From the NCBI GenBank assembly GCA_020137815.1, contig CM035360.1:6758001-6822000 (forward strand): 64,000 nucleotides of DNA. Reading direction: 5' to 3'. A program made the position numbers and the translations under genes. The notes below the pieces were generated by a model. That model was not told where the DNA came from. It was given only the letters and a program-made list of their open reading frames with translations, and did not search any database. The stretch is from Hormiphora californensis (lineage: Eukaryota; Animalia; Ctenophora). Numbering within the stretch: position 1 is the first letter of the stretch; each line of letters starts with the position of its first letter. This document shows positions 42,231 to 62,300 of the stretch, piece after piece.

Positions 42231-43245
42231 ATGCTGAACACATTTATTATCCCTGTGTATATCACTACTGATATCCATCCTACACTCGGCCCCCATAGTG
42301 GGTAAGGACGGGAAACAGATCACCCTTTTCAAACAATCAGGTTAGTGGTTACTAGCGGTTACTACCTGGATCACAGCCTTTAGCAAACTATCATGATTTG
42401 TAATACAATTTGATCTGTTAATTAATTTAATTAACACCCAATCAGATCGATCGTATATCATTGGCGACTTGAAACTTTGTCACACCGGGTTCGGAGTTAG
42501 TTGGGACAATAACCTCCAGACCAGAGCCGGCAAAAAACTTCAGAAACTTCGACAATCCACACCCGTGCTGTAAGTAATTTAAATAAATTTGAAGATTTAA
42601 ATTGCCCTAGATCTAATATTATGTACTATCTACTTAGATAAATACACATTTATCTCGATACCTTCGTATCTAAGCGTTACAATTTTCGCAGGACAGCAAG
42701 TACCACTGTATTGGACCAGCGGCAATACTCAAGGAGCAACTTTCTAGTGAAGGACATAGGGAAGGAATACTGTACTGATAAACAAACATACATCTCCAAC
42801 TATGTAAGTTTTACACAGTACACACAAACATACATCTCCAACTATGTAAGTCTTACAAACATACATACATCTCTAACTACTATATCAGTATGTAAGTTGT
42901 ACAGACTCCACAGTGTGGAATGTGGACTGAGACCACACTCCACTGACACAAATAAGGCACCGAAACAATGGCAATGCAGCCCGCTTTGTAGCCGAATCAG
43001 GAAATACTGGTCCCTGATTCGCTGATAACCAGTCATGTGACCTAAATAACGAGTTCTGATTGGTTGTTTACTTGTTTCGGTCGGTTCCTGATAATGAGTG
43101 TAGGGAGCGTTGCGTAATTATAATGTACCTCGACTTACGTCTAAGTTACATTGTTTTTCAGAGTCCGGACGATGTTGGTTGTGAATTTGAGGTCAAGGAT
43201 TCTGATATAACAATCCTTTGCTTGTACCGGAGACCCAAAGCCTAA
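42231..43245 (+). CDS. Putative small secreted Cys-containing protein, multi-exon, missed by the ORF track
   Basis: Acceptor ctaat..catag|ATCTACC-ATG. Signal-peptide-like MLNTFIILCISLLISILHSAP, which needs removal of one C at ~42251. Phase-compatible exons ~42231-42340, ~42446-42569 and ~42691-42803. A later ECRERC..GCEF segment ends at 43245. Confidence 0.5.
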
Positions 43246-45527
43246 TACCCTACCTACAACAACTAGATAATCAGAGATAAGAAAAGTATTTATTCAGAGG
43301 CGTGATGAGAGGCTTGCAGCTGGGGTTACTGGATCAGAGATTTGAGCTGAGTTATATTATTGTGAATAGTTTTTTGAGGTTTACAATTTATTTGAACAGC
43401 CACATTTTACTATTTATCGTGTATTGTGTTATTTGACGTGTATGTAACATTTTAATTTCCTTTGACATTGCAATCAGATACTGTGTGTTCCTTTATTCGG
43501 TATACCCAATATATAATCAAACCACTTCAAACATCCAGCAATTATATTGCCTGGCTCGACTGTGTTTCGGTAAAGGGAGGGTTAGAACATAACAACAATT
43601 ATATCCGGTTCAGCGATTTATTTAGATTTATGTCATAGTAGTCACGGAATGTACATCAGTTTTATACAGGAACTAGGAAGGTACAATACATGTGTTGATC
43701 TGTAGAACTGATGAGCTAGGACACCACACAAATGCCGTCGGTTTGATTTATATTTGTCTCTTTTGAGTCTTATGGAGACAATTATCAGTTCTAAACTCAA
43801 AGGTTGACAAGATACCTAAAGCTTTTCGTTAATCGTATATTTTTGATTTATCAGGAGTTTTAAGCATTTTTTCAGATTTTTTTTGTCGTGTAAAAAATAT
43901 TCAAAATAGGGAGCTTTCCAGCGTCGTGCCGCAATTCTTTAGTTGTTTGGATGCTGAAAGAGTATATTCCAGTGAAGATTTCAGCCGCACTATACTTTTT
44001 CAGCAGCCAAAAGTGCGTCGCGGCGCTGGAAAGCGCCCTGTTTTGAATATTTAAGGTTGGTTCCGGTAAATTTTTCATTTTCGGCAATTTCTCATTAAAA
44101 CCGCATCTTTTCCCCGCTATTTGACTAGATTTATCATTTTCTTTCCGTCTTTCATCCGAAAATTGGGTCCTGGACCGAAGCAGGGGCGAAGCAAGGCTGG
44201 GTCCATTGGGTCGAGAGAGGAGAAGAAAATGGGAAAACTTGCTAAAAAGTGAAAAAATCGACAAAAACAAACAAAAAATGAGCAGATTTTCAATTGAAAA
44301 AACGGATGCGCGCAAGAAAAAGCTTTTGCGGCAGCGCTATTGACCAATAGGGTCCAGACCCACCTCGCGTGTTAAAGTCGGATTTTTTGAAACTGTCACC
44401 CCAAAATGGCCGCGCATGTGAAATTTATCAATTTTGACGCGCACACCACACGTTAACATGTGATGTGACGCGCAAAAACATTCCGCGCACGAAAAGGGGG
44501 GTGACAGTTTCAAAAAATCCGACTTTACATTTTCTGCAGCGCTGGACCCAATTTTTTTTCGTGAATGAACGCCGCGCACCGCCCCTGGACCGAAGGGACA
44601 CGGCCTGAGTTTAAAATTTCAGAAATTTTGAAAATTGCTTGTGGGGGCGTTGCCCCCTACACCTCAGCCAGGTGGCCAACATCCAGCTGGGAGCTCAACT
44701 GGGTCCTGCTTGTGGAGAGTTTAACCTGAACGCCCCCTGGCCGTGGCCCACAGCCCAGAGGGAGACGCTTGGCCCAGTTAACAGTTGGCTACGCTGCAGG
44801 CCCTAGAAGCTGTGGGAAACGTGCGCACTAGGGGTCTGCAGCGCATGCCAACAGCCAAAGTTAACAGTTTCATCGCTGAAATTTCTGCGTTTTTAAGTTT
44901 TTTGGTTGTGATGTTGACGGAAATTTGCTCGCAGATCTAATGAGAAAATCTTAAGCGCGTTACATTTAAAATTGCTGCGCGCGCGACAATTTCTCGCGGC
45001 CAGAATTACATTTTTCGTGTGACAGTTTCGGATTTCTGATTCAGATTTTCAAAACTTTCGGTCCGCTCAGACCAAGCCCCGTGTAACGGAAGCGCTAAGC
45101 CGTTGCCGTAACTAACTACTGCCAAGACACTCCTCTCTAACAAATATGTTCAGGTCTGTACAGCGTGACCTGTTGTAACCACTGCTGTGCCAACCTAGAA
45201 GGGCTGTTTTAACCAATCACAGAGTAGAACAGCTCCCTTAGTTTACTCGCGAATCAAGAGTGCGTAGCTATGAAGACAAAACATACATGCCACTACGTTC
45301 TCAAAAGTGAAAATATTTATGAAGGAGTACGGTAATTTGGGCAACAAACCCTTAATCTCAGCCGTGCGAACACTATTAACTTTATCATCGGATGATAATC
45401 ATCCACTTTGGATTTTAACCATCCCCTACCATCTTACGATTGTAATTCTAGGAATTTTGTTTTGGGTATTTGTTAAACGTAACTAACTCATGTTGCCTAC
45501 TATAGCCAAGTCCAACCCACCGGAATC

Positions 45528-46726
45528 ATGCCTGAAGTCAAACTGAATTTCGTCGAAGACTTTGCACTGTCTGGTGTTGCCGCTGTTGTCTCCAAGACAG
45601 CTGCCGCCCCCATTGAGAGGGTCAAGCTGCTGGTGCAGAACCAGGATGAGATGATCAAGCAGGGCAGGTTGGACAAGCCTTACAAGGGAGTAATGGACTG
45701 TACCATGAGGACTTTCCAGAACGAGGGATTCTATCCTTTCTGGAGGGGTAACTTGGCTAACTGCCTCCGATACTTCCCCACTCAGGCTCTCAACTTCGCC
45801 TTCAAGGGACAGATCAAGAAGACCTTCGCTGTCTCCAAGGACGCTAATAATGGTGAGTCTACTCATTCTTGACCTATTAAGTAGGTAGTGTTCTAGATTT
45901 ATTATTTTAAAGAATGATTGAACTATAAATTTACCATAATTAACATATTTTCACCTTCCTTTCAGCCGTCAAGTTCGGATCTAACATCGCCGCTGGAGGT
46001 ATTGCCGGATCTCTCTCCCTCTGCTTCGTCTACTCCCTCGACTACGCTCGAACCAGGCTGGCTAACGACAACAAGACTGTCGGAAAGGACGGTATTGCTC
46101 GACGACAGTACAACGGTCTTATCGATGTCTACTCCAAGACCCTCAAGTCTGACGGTATCGGAGGACTTTACCGAGGGTGAGTAGTTTTATATTGTTGATA
46201 TTGTGTTGCAAACATAATTCAATATAAACTTGTTTCTAACCTCCCTCTTCCTCCCAGATTCGTTATCTCCTGCGTTGGAATCTTTGTGTACCGAGGATTC
46301 TACTTCGGTCTCTATGACACCCTCAAACCCATGCTCCTGGGAGATGATGCTGGTCTGCTCCTCTCTTTCTGTCTCGGTTATGGAGTGACTGTCTCCGCTG
46401 GACTCATGTCCTACCCCATTGACACCGTCCGACGAAGGATGATGATGACTTCCGGAACTGGAGTCAACTACAACGGATCCATCGACTGTGCCCGACAGGT
46501 AATTTATAACACATTATTATTTTACCATTATCATAATTCATCCTTCCTTGAGTAACACCATCACTCATTTAATTAGACACCTGCTGCAACCTAAATAAAT
46601 CTAAATCATTCTCAACCCGTTTGTTAGCAGCCAATATCTAAACATTCTCTTACTGTTAGAACTTTCCTGAAGATAATAGAATCTTCCTTTCTCGATTACT
46701 CCTCTCTTCATCGTTCATTCAATAGT

Positions 46727-46794
<68 letters not shown>

Positions 46795-47380
46795 TCTCTG
46801 TCTCCCACTCTCTCTTCCGCTGCTCTCATGGTAACTTGCTTGTTGGGAAATGTTCGCAAGTATTAACATGTTTAAAGATGCGACCATGCTTGTAAGTTGC
46901 AACTTTCACACCTCCTCATCCCTCTCTAATGGGTCACGTACGTTGGTAGGCTGCATATTATAGAGACCTCCCCCTCCCCCCGGGTCCAACAAGTCACACC
47001 TCAATACTATAACAACACCGAGCCCTTCTACCTAAATTAACACCTCAATCTTACAAACACCTTGCAACATGCTTGCAAAGTTTACTCCTCTCTAATTCTG
47101 TCTATCATTTTCTCCCCCACATGTTTTGTAACATCCTAGTTCCTACCCTTATCCTACCCTTATCTCCCGAACACCTCTCCTCCAATAATTTCTATTTTCT
47201 CCATTCCTAACACCTCCCCTCCCTCTCTCCCAGGTTATCGCCAAGGAAGGTTTCATGTCTCTGATGAAGGGAGCTGGAGCTAACATCCTTCGAGGTGTTG
47301 CTGGTGCCGGTGTCCTCTCCGGATTCGACTCAGTCAAGGCTCAGTATATCAAGATGAAGGTTGGAAACAAGACCTACTAG
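45528..47380 (+). CDS. Mitochondrial ADP/ATP carrier (SLC25 AAC/ANT), 4 exons
   Basis: [62 protein letters not shown] signature, [17 protein letters not shown]. Exons ~45528-45852, 45966-46176, 46258-46498, 47234-47380. Confidence 0.97.
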
Positions 47381-49105
47381 ATATATCCATCAACAGCTGG
47401 TCATGTGTGTGTTTATAATGTAGCAAAATGTCACAGAGAGTTGGACTGAGTGAGAGATTTTTGATGACATTAATTTATTACACTACTTGAAACTACTATT
47501 ATCATTATGGGGTATTACAAGGACTTCTTAGGGTTACACGGCTCAAATAAACCCTCCCCCAATATTTTCTGTTGTGTCAACATTTCTCTGTTTGTGCTAT
47601 GTGTGTGAAGTGGAGAGAGAGCTCTAGTGACAATATCTCTGTCTGGTTCCTGTTCGCGGTTCTATAACTGTGTTTTATAAGATCAGTATATTTCTTGCGT
47701 TCAATTGTTCACACCAGTCACAAACTAAGTGATTTTAGCATTTTATAATAGAGTGTACCTCACAAGAGTGTTGATCTACATTTCACATCGTAACACGCAG
47801 TGATTTGTTGTTCACAGCAGGGAAAAAAGAAGCTTTGTTTCTATCTCTTTTGGTTATACGTACGATTCTTGTTACAACTTTAAAAACACTGCGTTTTAGA
47901 TTTTGTTAAAAGGGAATGAGAGGGGGCTGATGGGGGAGAGGGGAAGGGAATGAGGGGGAGAAATTCAGAATAATCAGGAGAGAATTGAGAAATATGGAAA
48001 GGAACTCAATTTGGGGTTTTCTGTCGTACTGATAGCCCCCGTTGTGTGCGTGGGGGCCTCCTATTGGCTGATGGAAATTGCATTTTCTGTAAGAAGAGAG
48101 AAGGGGTATCAGTTTACCGGTCACCCTGTGTGAGCTGTGTGGGAACTGGGAAAAGACGTGAAACTGTGTATGAAACTGAGCAGTTGAATATGGAAAATAG
48201 TTGCATTATGCACTGGAACACGGCTGCATTATGTGTAGCATTGCTCTCCAGTGAACCCATACAATGGTAGCTGCTGCTGCAGGCTACTACACGTCACACA
48301 ATTAGCAACTCCAGGATGTGTGTGTGAATGCGTTCCTTTGCAAAAGCTGTGAATGTTCATCTGAACAGCTGTGTGTCCCTCATTGTAGAGTGTGGAATGT
48401 AGAGGCCAAATAAAGGCGTCTCTTTGGCGTGTACATGACAAATAATTAGGAAGAGTCAAATGCCGTTCGGTAGAGGGAATGGCTATCTTTCTCTCTCTTC
48501 CCTTCCCTTCCCTCCTTATCTCTCTCTTCCTCCCTGCCTCAACACTGCTGCACGGAAGCAGCTCTACCACTCGACGTTGGAGTTGTTCTGTTGCGCGGCC
48601 CCAACGTCACGCGCGGTCATACCGTCCCAATATTGTGAGCACAGTTGTGAGTCATTTTGTGCGCGGCGCACAGATTCTAGAATTCAGCTCCATGGAAGCA
48701 GTTTGCATCGGGGTTGGGGTGTTTGGTTTGGCGTTTCCGGGTACCATTGGGTAGTGACGTTGGTCGTTGCCGGACCTCCCTCCCATTAAAAAGGTCTTGT
48801 ATGGATGAAGCCAGCGTGTTTGGTTTTTGGCGGCAAGATTCAAAATTCGTGGTTCAACCCGCCCGGTGTACAATCTGCGCTAACAAGCGCATAGGAACAC
48901 GGGACAGAGAATACCGTTTGCCGTACTTCCTTGAACACACTGTGTGCGTGTATGCCGTGTAACCATACTTTCACTGATGAGAATTGAAACACAAATAATT
49001 TCAAGGTCACAAAATAGTAATTTAGAATTTCTCAAAGAATCAAAACCTGAACATAAAAAACAGCTGTAAAAACAAAAATAAATCTCACACATTCTCTCCC
49101 TCTCT

Positions 49106-56314
<7,209 letters not shown>

Positions 56315-56542
56315 GCTAAAGAGAGGGGGGGTGGTTATAATATTCCACTGCTACTTGAATATTATAATTCTAATAAATTAGAACCTTTAGAGATAAGGGG
56401 CGAGCCGGTACCAGGGATAGATAGGTACAAAGAACCTTAATTAAGAATTAAAATTGGTCGAAAGCGGTAAAAATAAAAATAATTCTCCGGTTAGCAGTAG
56501 CACTTCCACTGTAACATTATATTCACAAAAAACTTGGTTTAA

Positions 56543-59209
56543 GGGTACGCTAACCGAAATTTTTTTTCGAGTGCAGGGAAATCTCTCACCGCAGGGTTGT
56601 AGGCCATGCCAAGGAGACCTCAAATATGCAATTTGAGCTCTCAAGTCGAATTCATATTTTTGCTACAGCTGCTTGAAAAATGAACTGAAAATAAGTTTTT
56701 GGCATCTTAAAAATACATTTGTAAAGATAGGATCATAAAAATTTGTGGATTTGAAGAGGACAAAGAGGTGAGTAGCCACAAAAAAATTTTTTGAAATCCG
56801 AGCTGATTTCCGGTCCTGAGATGGATTTCTTTTTTTTGACTTTAACGCCCTATTTGGCAAAGTTCCGAAAACATGTGAAAGCTGTAAATTGGTGAAAAGT
56901 TGCGTCTAACGATTATCTAAGTGGCCATAAATTTTGGTAGCATACAATAATGCCTACGGTCAATAATGCCTACACCCTAAAACACCTAATTAGAGGTGGA
57001 GGGTAGGCAAAACTGCTTGTAGGCATTATCGTCAACACCAGGGGGGTAAACCGCAGTTTTGCCTACGGTACATAATGCCTACCATGTAGGCAAAACTGTG
57101 ATTTTACCACTGATGTTGACAATAATGCCTACGAGCAGTTTTGCCTACCCTCCACCTCAGGGTGTAGGCAGTATTGCATTGCAGTTGACAACTCGCTAAG
57201 GATATCTCGATTCGGTATATATATTTACCGAATCGAGATATTCTTAGCGAGTTGTCAACTGCAATGCAATCTTTCATTCTCTTTTCTATCAATATATAGA
57301 AATATATTAGGGTGATTCATAATGATTTTCAATCGCTCTTTCTGAGAGAACTTAGACACTAGGGACCAAAAATTTTTACAGAAGCGATTAGTTTGGACAA
57401 TTTTAGAACCCATCGACCATGTTTGAAGTTCAGGTTGGTTTTACGTAACCGGTGACAGACAATTTCTGAAGTTAAGCTTTTTTGCGGTCTACGTGCACAA
57501 AATTCAGGTCTCGATGTTAGCCTTGTAGAATCCGTAAACAGATACAGATCGACTCAGGGCTCCTTGTAGGTCTAGAATAACCTATTTTGGGGATATTTGA
57601 GGAAAATCAAGTTTGTAGGTAACTTTTCTCTTGAGCTTTTTTAGGTCAGGCAGCTCATGGATGGCGTCCTGGGGGGTCCCTCCTAGTAGACTGGTGACCA
57701 GCTTCGCAGGGGCGTCAGATGAAGAGGTAGTAACTTGCCGGAGATAAACCGCCCATATCACGTATCCAATCCGACATGAGACATGAGAGCTTAAGCCTTA
57801 CCGATTAGAGGAGCTCTCATGTCAATCGGTTTACTCCAATAACTAACGAGCCATATCTCCTATATCGTATTGGTGCCGCCCTCAGGGTCACGTTACCAAT
57901 CGGGATATGATGATTTGACGCTTGTAGGCATTATCGCCATATCAACAATAATATTGACGCTTTTGCCTACACCCAATCACCCCTGTAGGCATTATCGCCA
58001 TATCAACAATAATATTGACGCTTTTGCCTACACCCAATTATCAATAATGTAGGCATTATTGATCGTAGGCATTATCGTACTTTATCGTAGGCATTATTGC
58101 CACCGTAGGCATTATTGCCGTTTTGACGGTTTTGCCTACACCCAATTATATATGCCTATATACCCTGTAGGCATTATTGACCGTAGGCATTATCGTACGT
58201 AATCTAAATTTTGGGCGTGTCCTTATTTGAGATAAGCTGTACAGAGTTTTTTTTGTGAAAGCCGTCATTTCAGAAATAAATAAATTCCCTGTATCTCAAA
58301 AACGGCTAATCGTAGAGACCTGAGACTATGCTTAAACGATTCAGAAGGTCCGATTTTGGGGGGGTCTTCTGAGAGACACTTTGCTCCTACTTCAACCGTT
58401 TTTGCTGTAATTGCGAAAAACAAAAACCCATCTTCGCCATCGTGGATTTTTTGTGATTTTGTTTTTGGTGATTATAGGGACCCATATAGACCAAATAGTG
58501 AAGGAATTAGCTTGTTACACATTTTTCCATAGTTTCGGTCCTTTCTTAGCCAAAATTCCCTAATTACAGGATATTGGTGTTTAGCTTTTGCCCTTTTCAT
58601 AGAATTTGTTTTTCGCAATTACAGCAAAAACGGTTGAAGTAGGAGCAAAATGTCTCTCAGAAGACCCCCCCAAAATCGGACCTTCTGAATCGTTTAAGCA
58701 TAGTCTCAGGTCTCTACGATCAGCCATTTTTGAGATACAGGGAATTTATTTATTTCTGAAATGACGGCTTTCACAAAAAAAACTCTGTACAGCTTATCTC
58801 AAATAAGGACACGCCCAAAATTTATGGCCACTTAGATAATCGTTAGACGCAACTTTTCACCAATTTACAGCTTTCACATGTTTTCGGAACTTTGCCAAAT
58901 AGGGCGTTAAAGTCAAAAAAAAGAAATCCATCTCAGGACCGGAAATCAGCTCGGATTTCAAAAAATTTTTTTGTGGCTACTCACCTCTTTGTCCTCTTCA
59001 AATCCACAAATTTTTATGATCCTATCTTTACAAATGTATTTTTAAGATGCCAAAAACTTATTTTCAGTTCATTTTTCAAGCAGCTGTAGCAAAAATATGA
59101 ATTCGACTTGAGAGCTCAAATTGCATATTTGAGGTCTCCTTGGCATGGCCTACAACCCTACGGTGAGAGATTTCCCTGCACTCGAAAAAATTTTTTGGTT
59201 AGCGTACCC
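56543..59209. mobile_element. Foldback TTAA element (Kolobok-like), related to 9574-10876, interrupted by a nested insertion
   Basis: ttaa-gggtacgctaacc ... ggttagcgtaccc-ttaa. Mirror ORFs 56441/59108 and 56663/58892. Shares the block gattcagaagg..gattttggggggg..tgctcctact with the first element. Confidence 0.9.
56936..58204. mobile_element. Nested TIR element with taatgcctac/gtaggcatta subterminal repeats, TSD taaatttt (8-10 bp)
   Basis: It interrupts the left arm at gtggccataaattttgggcgtg. The intact site is present in the right arm (~58810-58830). Confidence 0.85.
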
Positions 59210-59379
59210 TTAACTTCTAAAAACAATATCTCTCAAATGCTTTTTCAAATTCATGCCTTCCTCCCACCAGGTGTTAAGGGGCCATACAACGTCAGTCTCT
59301 GTCCATGCGCCTAATTGCACTTTTACCATTCTATTCCACTTATTCTGTTTGAGTTAACTCTTCACACAGCACCAGTTCC

Positions 59380-62300
59380 TCACTTGTCCTGGTTCCAGGT
59401 GGGGTGCCTCTTGTCCAAGAAGGCAGATAGACCCTCATTTCCATCTGGGTGGTCCAGGTTACTAACCATCACCCCTGCACTCTGTTCAGCGGCATCCACC
59501 AGGGGCCGCTTCATCTGACTGGGAGGGTGACGGGTGATTAGAGAAGGGTTGAGAGTGGGGCACGGGGTTAGGATGGTTGAAATAAAGAGGAGTTCAGTTT
59601 TGGCAAAATATAAAAAAAGGGAGGGTTTGAAAACAAACCTGTTGAAGTTTTGTAGCCCAAGTTTAATGACAGGACTACTTTTAGAAGCAATCAGTTCAGC
59701 GATCCTGTTCGTTTCCTCTGCCAATTTATCTCCCTCGATAACTCTTGACACCAGACCACCCACTAGAGCCGCTTGGGCAGATATCGGTTCTCCTGAAATT
59801 GGGTAGTTGTTGTTGTGAGGGTTGTGGAAAACGTAGCACTTTAAAAGACTAGAAGGTGGTACTCCTCGGGTACTCCTCCGGCAAGAGCCAGATGCTTGGC
59901 GGTCAAGTTGGCCGTGAAACTGAAGGGAGGGGGATTTTGTGTGCGAGCACAGAGGGGCGCGACTTCCCCAGGCCAGATGCCAGGCGTACGATGAATTCGG
60001 ATAACAGGCACACTTTCCTAAAAACAGGTTTCAAATTCATTTTCATTTTGTTCTTAGTAGTTGGTGGTAAATTTAGATAATATTTAATTATAAAACTGCA
60101 CCCTACATAATAATCAAATCAACATCACGCCCATTCAGATAAAATAACCTTACAAAACCCCCCTTGGCCCTTCAGTAACTGCAAAACCTCCTTCCCTGCT
60201 AACCTGCACTGATCAATACTTCGTGCAGAGCTGACCCAGGATTCTCTCTTATTGGTAGGTTTTGTTGCAAAATGGGACATTATAGCTCGACCAAACCATT
60301 CATGATAATTGATACAGAAATTAACCATGATTTCTAATTGTAACACTTTTCTAATCGTATATCTTCCCTCCCTACAGTTATACTACCCGACATATACATC
60401 AGCAATGCCGAGTTCAGTAGAAATAGCGATAGAGGAAGTATGGGCACAGTCCAGTGTAGCTGGAATCCTCTTCGCCTTCTCACCAGTCCTATTGTTCCTT
60501 CTTGAGGCACCCGTTGTCTTCTCCACCATGTACACAGGTGGGTGTTCTGTATAGACTATTAGCAATCATGCCGTGGTAGTGGGTTGAAGTTAGAAGCGAT
60601 CTGGTACCCTTTACCTCTCTTATTTCAAAGTTTTCAAAGTTTATAATTTTAGACAATCGGGGGGGGGGGACATGTTAATTTTGTTAACTTTGTTAATATT
60701 AACATCGAAAAAACAGGTGATTTATTAACATAATTAACAAAAGTTAACAAACATTAACAAATGCCATTTATACCATCTAAAGTCCCTTTAGCACGTGTTT
60801 TTTGGTATTACACATGCTGCATGTTGTTCTGCGAACAAAGATGTTCCTTCTGTATGATTTGCATACCCCCAAGCCGTCTACTACAGCCTTCCCACAACGA
60901 TTTGTTCCATTTTGTAAATTCGAACAAAAACTAGCCAACCTGAACCGCAATTGAGGTCAAATGACACTAATCCACATTTTCCAACCTTAAAAACTTAATA
61001 AGACTCATAAATTTACCTTCAATCGAAAAATATCCCAAAAATAATTTTTTCTAAAAAAACACAAGGATTTGTAGCGAAGCAAATTTTCAATTTTTGACCA
61101 AAAAAAGCAATTTTGGGAATTTTTTCGTATTTTTCAAACAAAAACGTTGTACATCACTTTCTTTCGTCTGAAGAATGGATTATCAATGAAAAAATTACAT
61201 TCAAATGATATTTTACACGCTAAATTGGAATATTCGTACTCTTTAACTTTTTGATCGATTTGGAGCCAAAAAACTTGTATTTTGGACTTTGGTTATCGGA
61301 TGAGGCCTTGCATGGGTATACAAACGTTTGTTTTGTTCAAAGGGAGGGTCGAACAAGGCAAACAAACGTTAGATAAGTTATTAAACTACAAAATTAAATC
61401 AGTTAAAGTCGTATTATCAACCGATAACACCAATATTTTAGAATTTGTTAATTTTGTTAATTTTGTTAATTAACGTTAATTAACAAAATCGGAAAAAAGA
61501 GGTGATTTATTAACAATTAACATGTCCCCCCCCCCCCCCCCCCCAGACAATCTTGTTTTCTATCTGCAGGTGAATACCCGAGTGACTGGATGTGTCTATC
61601 TGAGCAGTGTCATGAAATCAAGCACAATAACCCTGGTTTCTCCCCCTGTGAGCACCCAACATGGAGCCATGGTTCGGATTATCATTGGGTGGCCCGATCC
61701 AACAGGTCTTCTTTTATCATGGACTTCAACCTCACCTGTGCTTCCTCCCTTACTAAAGATATAGCCAGTTCCATGCCAATAGCAGGTTAGTTTTATTGCG
61801 TAATATTGCTAAAATTCTTCTTAACCATCATGGCCACTTTGAATTTCCATTTGTGAGGCCACATCTTATCTACTGACAATAGATTACGTTGGACACACAG
61901 CTAGTTAGTGAATCTCTATTACACTTCCATATTAGGTGGACTGGTTGGTATATTCCTGGGTAGCCTGGTTTATGACCTAGTTGGGCCCAGGAGGGTTGTT
62001 GTGGTAGCGGAGTTAATTCTGGGTTTATCCAGTCTGGTGGGGGCCTTCTGCAGCAACTACACCACCCTACTGGGGGTCCGGTTCTTCCAAGGAATGGGCA
62101 TGTTTAACTGTGTTATTGGAAGTTATGTCCTCATCGCAGACTTCATACCCGCCAGGTAATTGCTTAGATATATGAAAGCGGGTGAAACAATAAACGATAT
62201 CACTCTAGACAAAATAAGAGTTACCAATCCAAACTAATGCATTCAGGGCCTAATTTCCAGATTTCGCGAGTACCAATTCATTCACTAATCAGGGCCTAAT

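Noticed and set aside
43302-43352. TGATGA...CTGA, a possible C/D snoRNA
   Set aside because: Only ~45 nt between the boxes, no clear terminal stem, and no recognisable rRNA guide.
48000-48990. Several overlapping 70-110 aa ORFs between the ADP/ATP carrier and CCDC93
   Set aside because: No recognisable domain or consistent splice structure. Probably UTR or repeat-derived.
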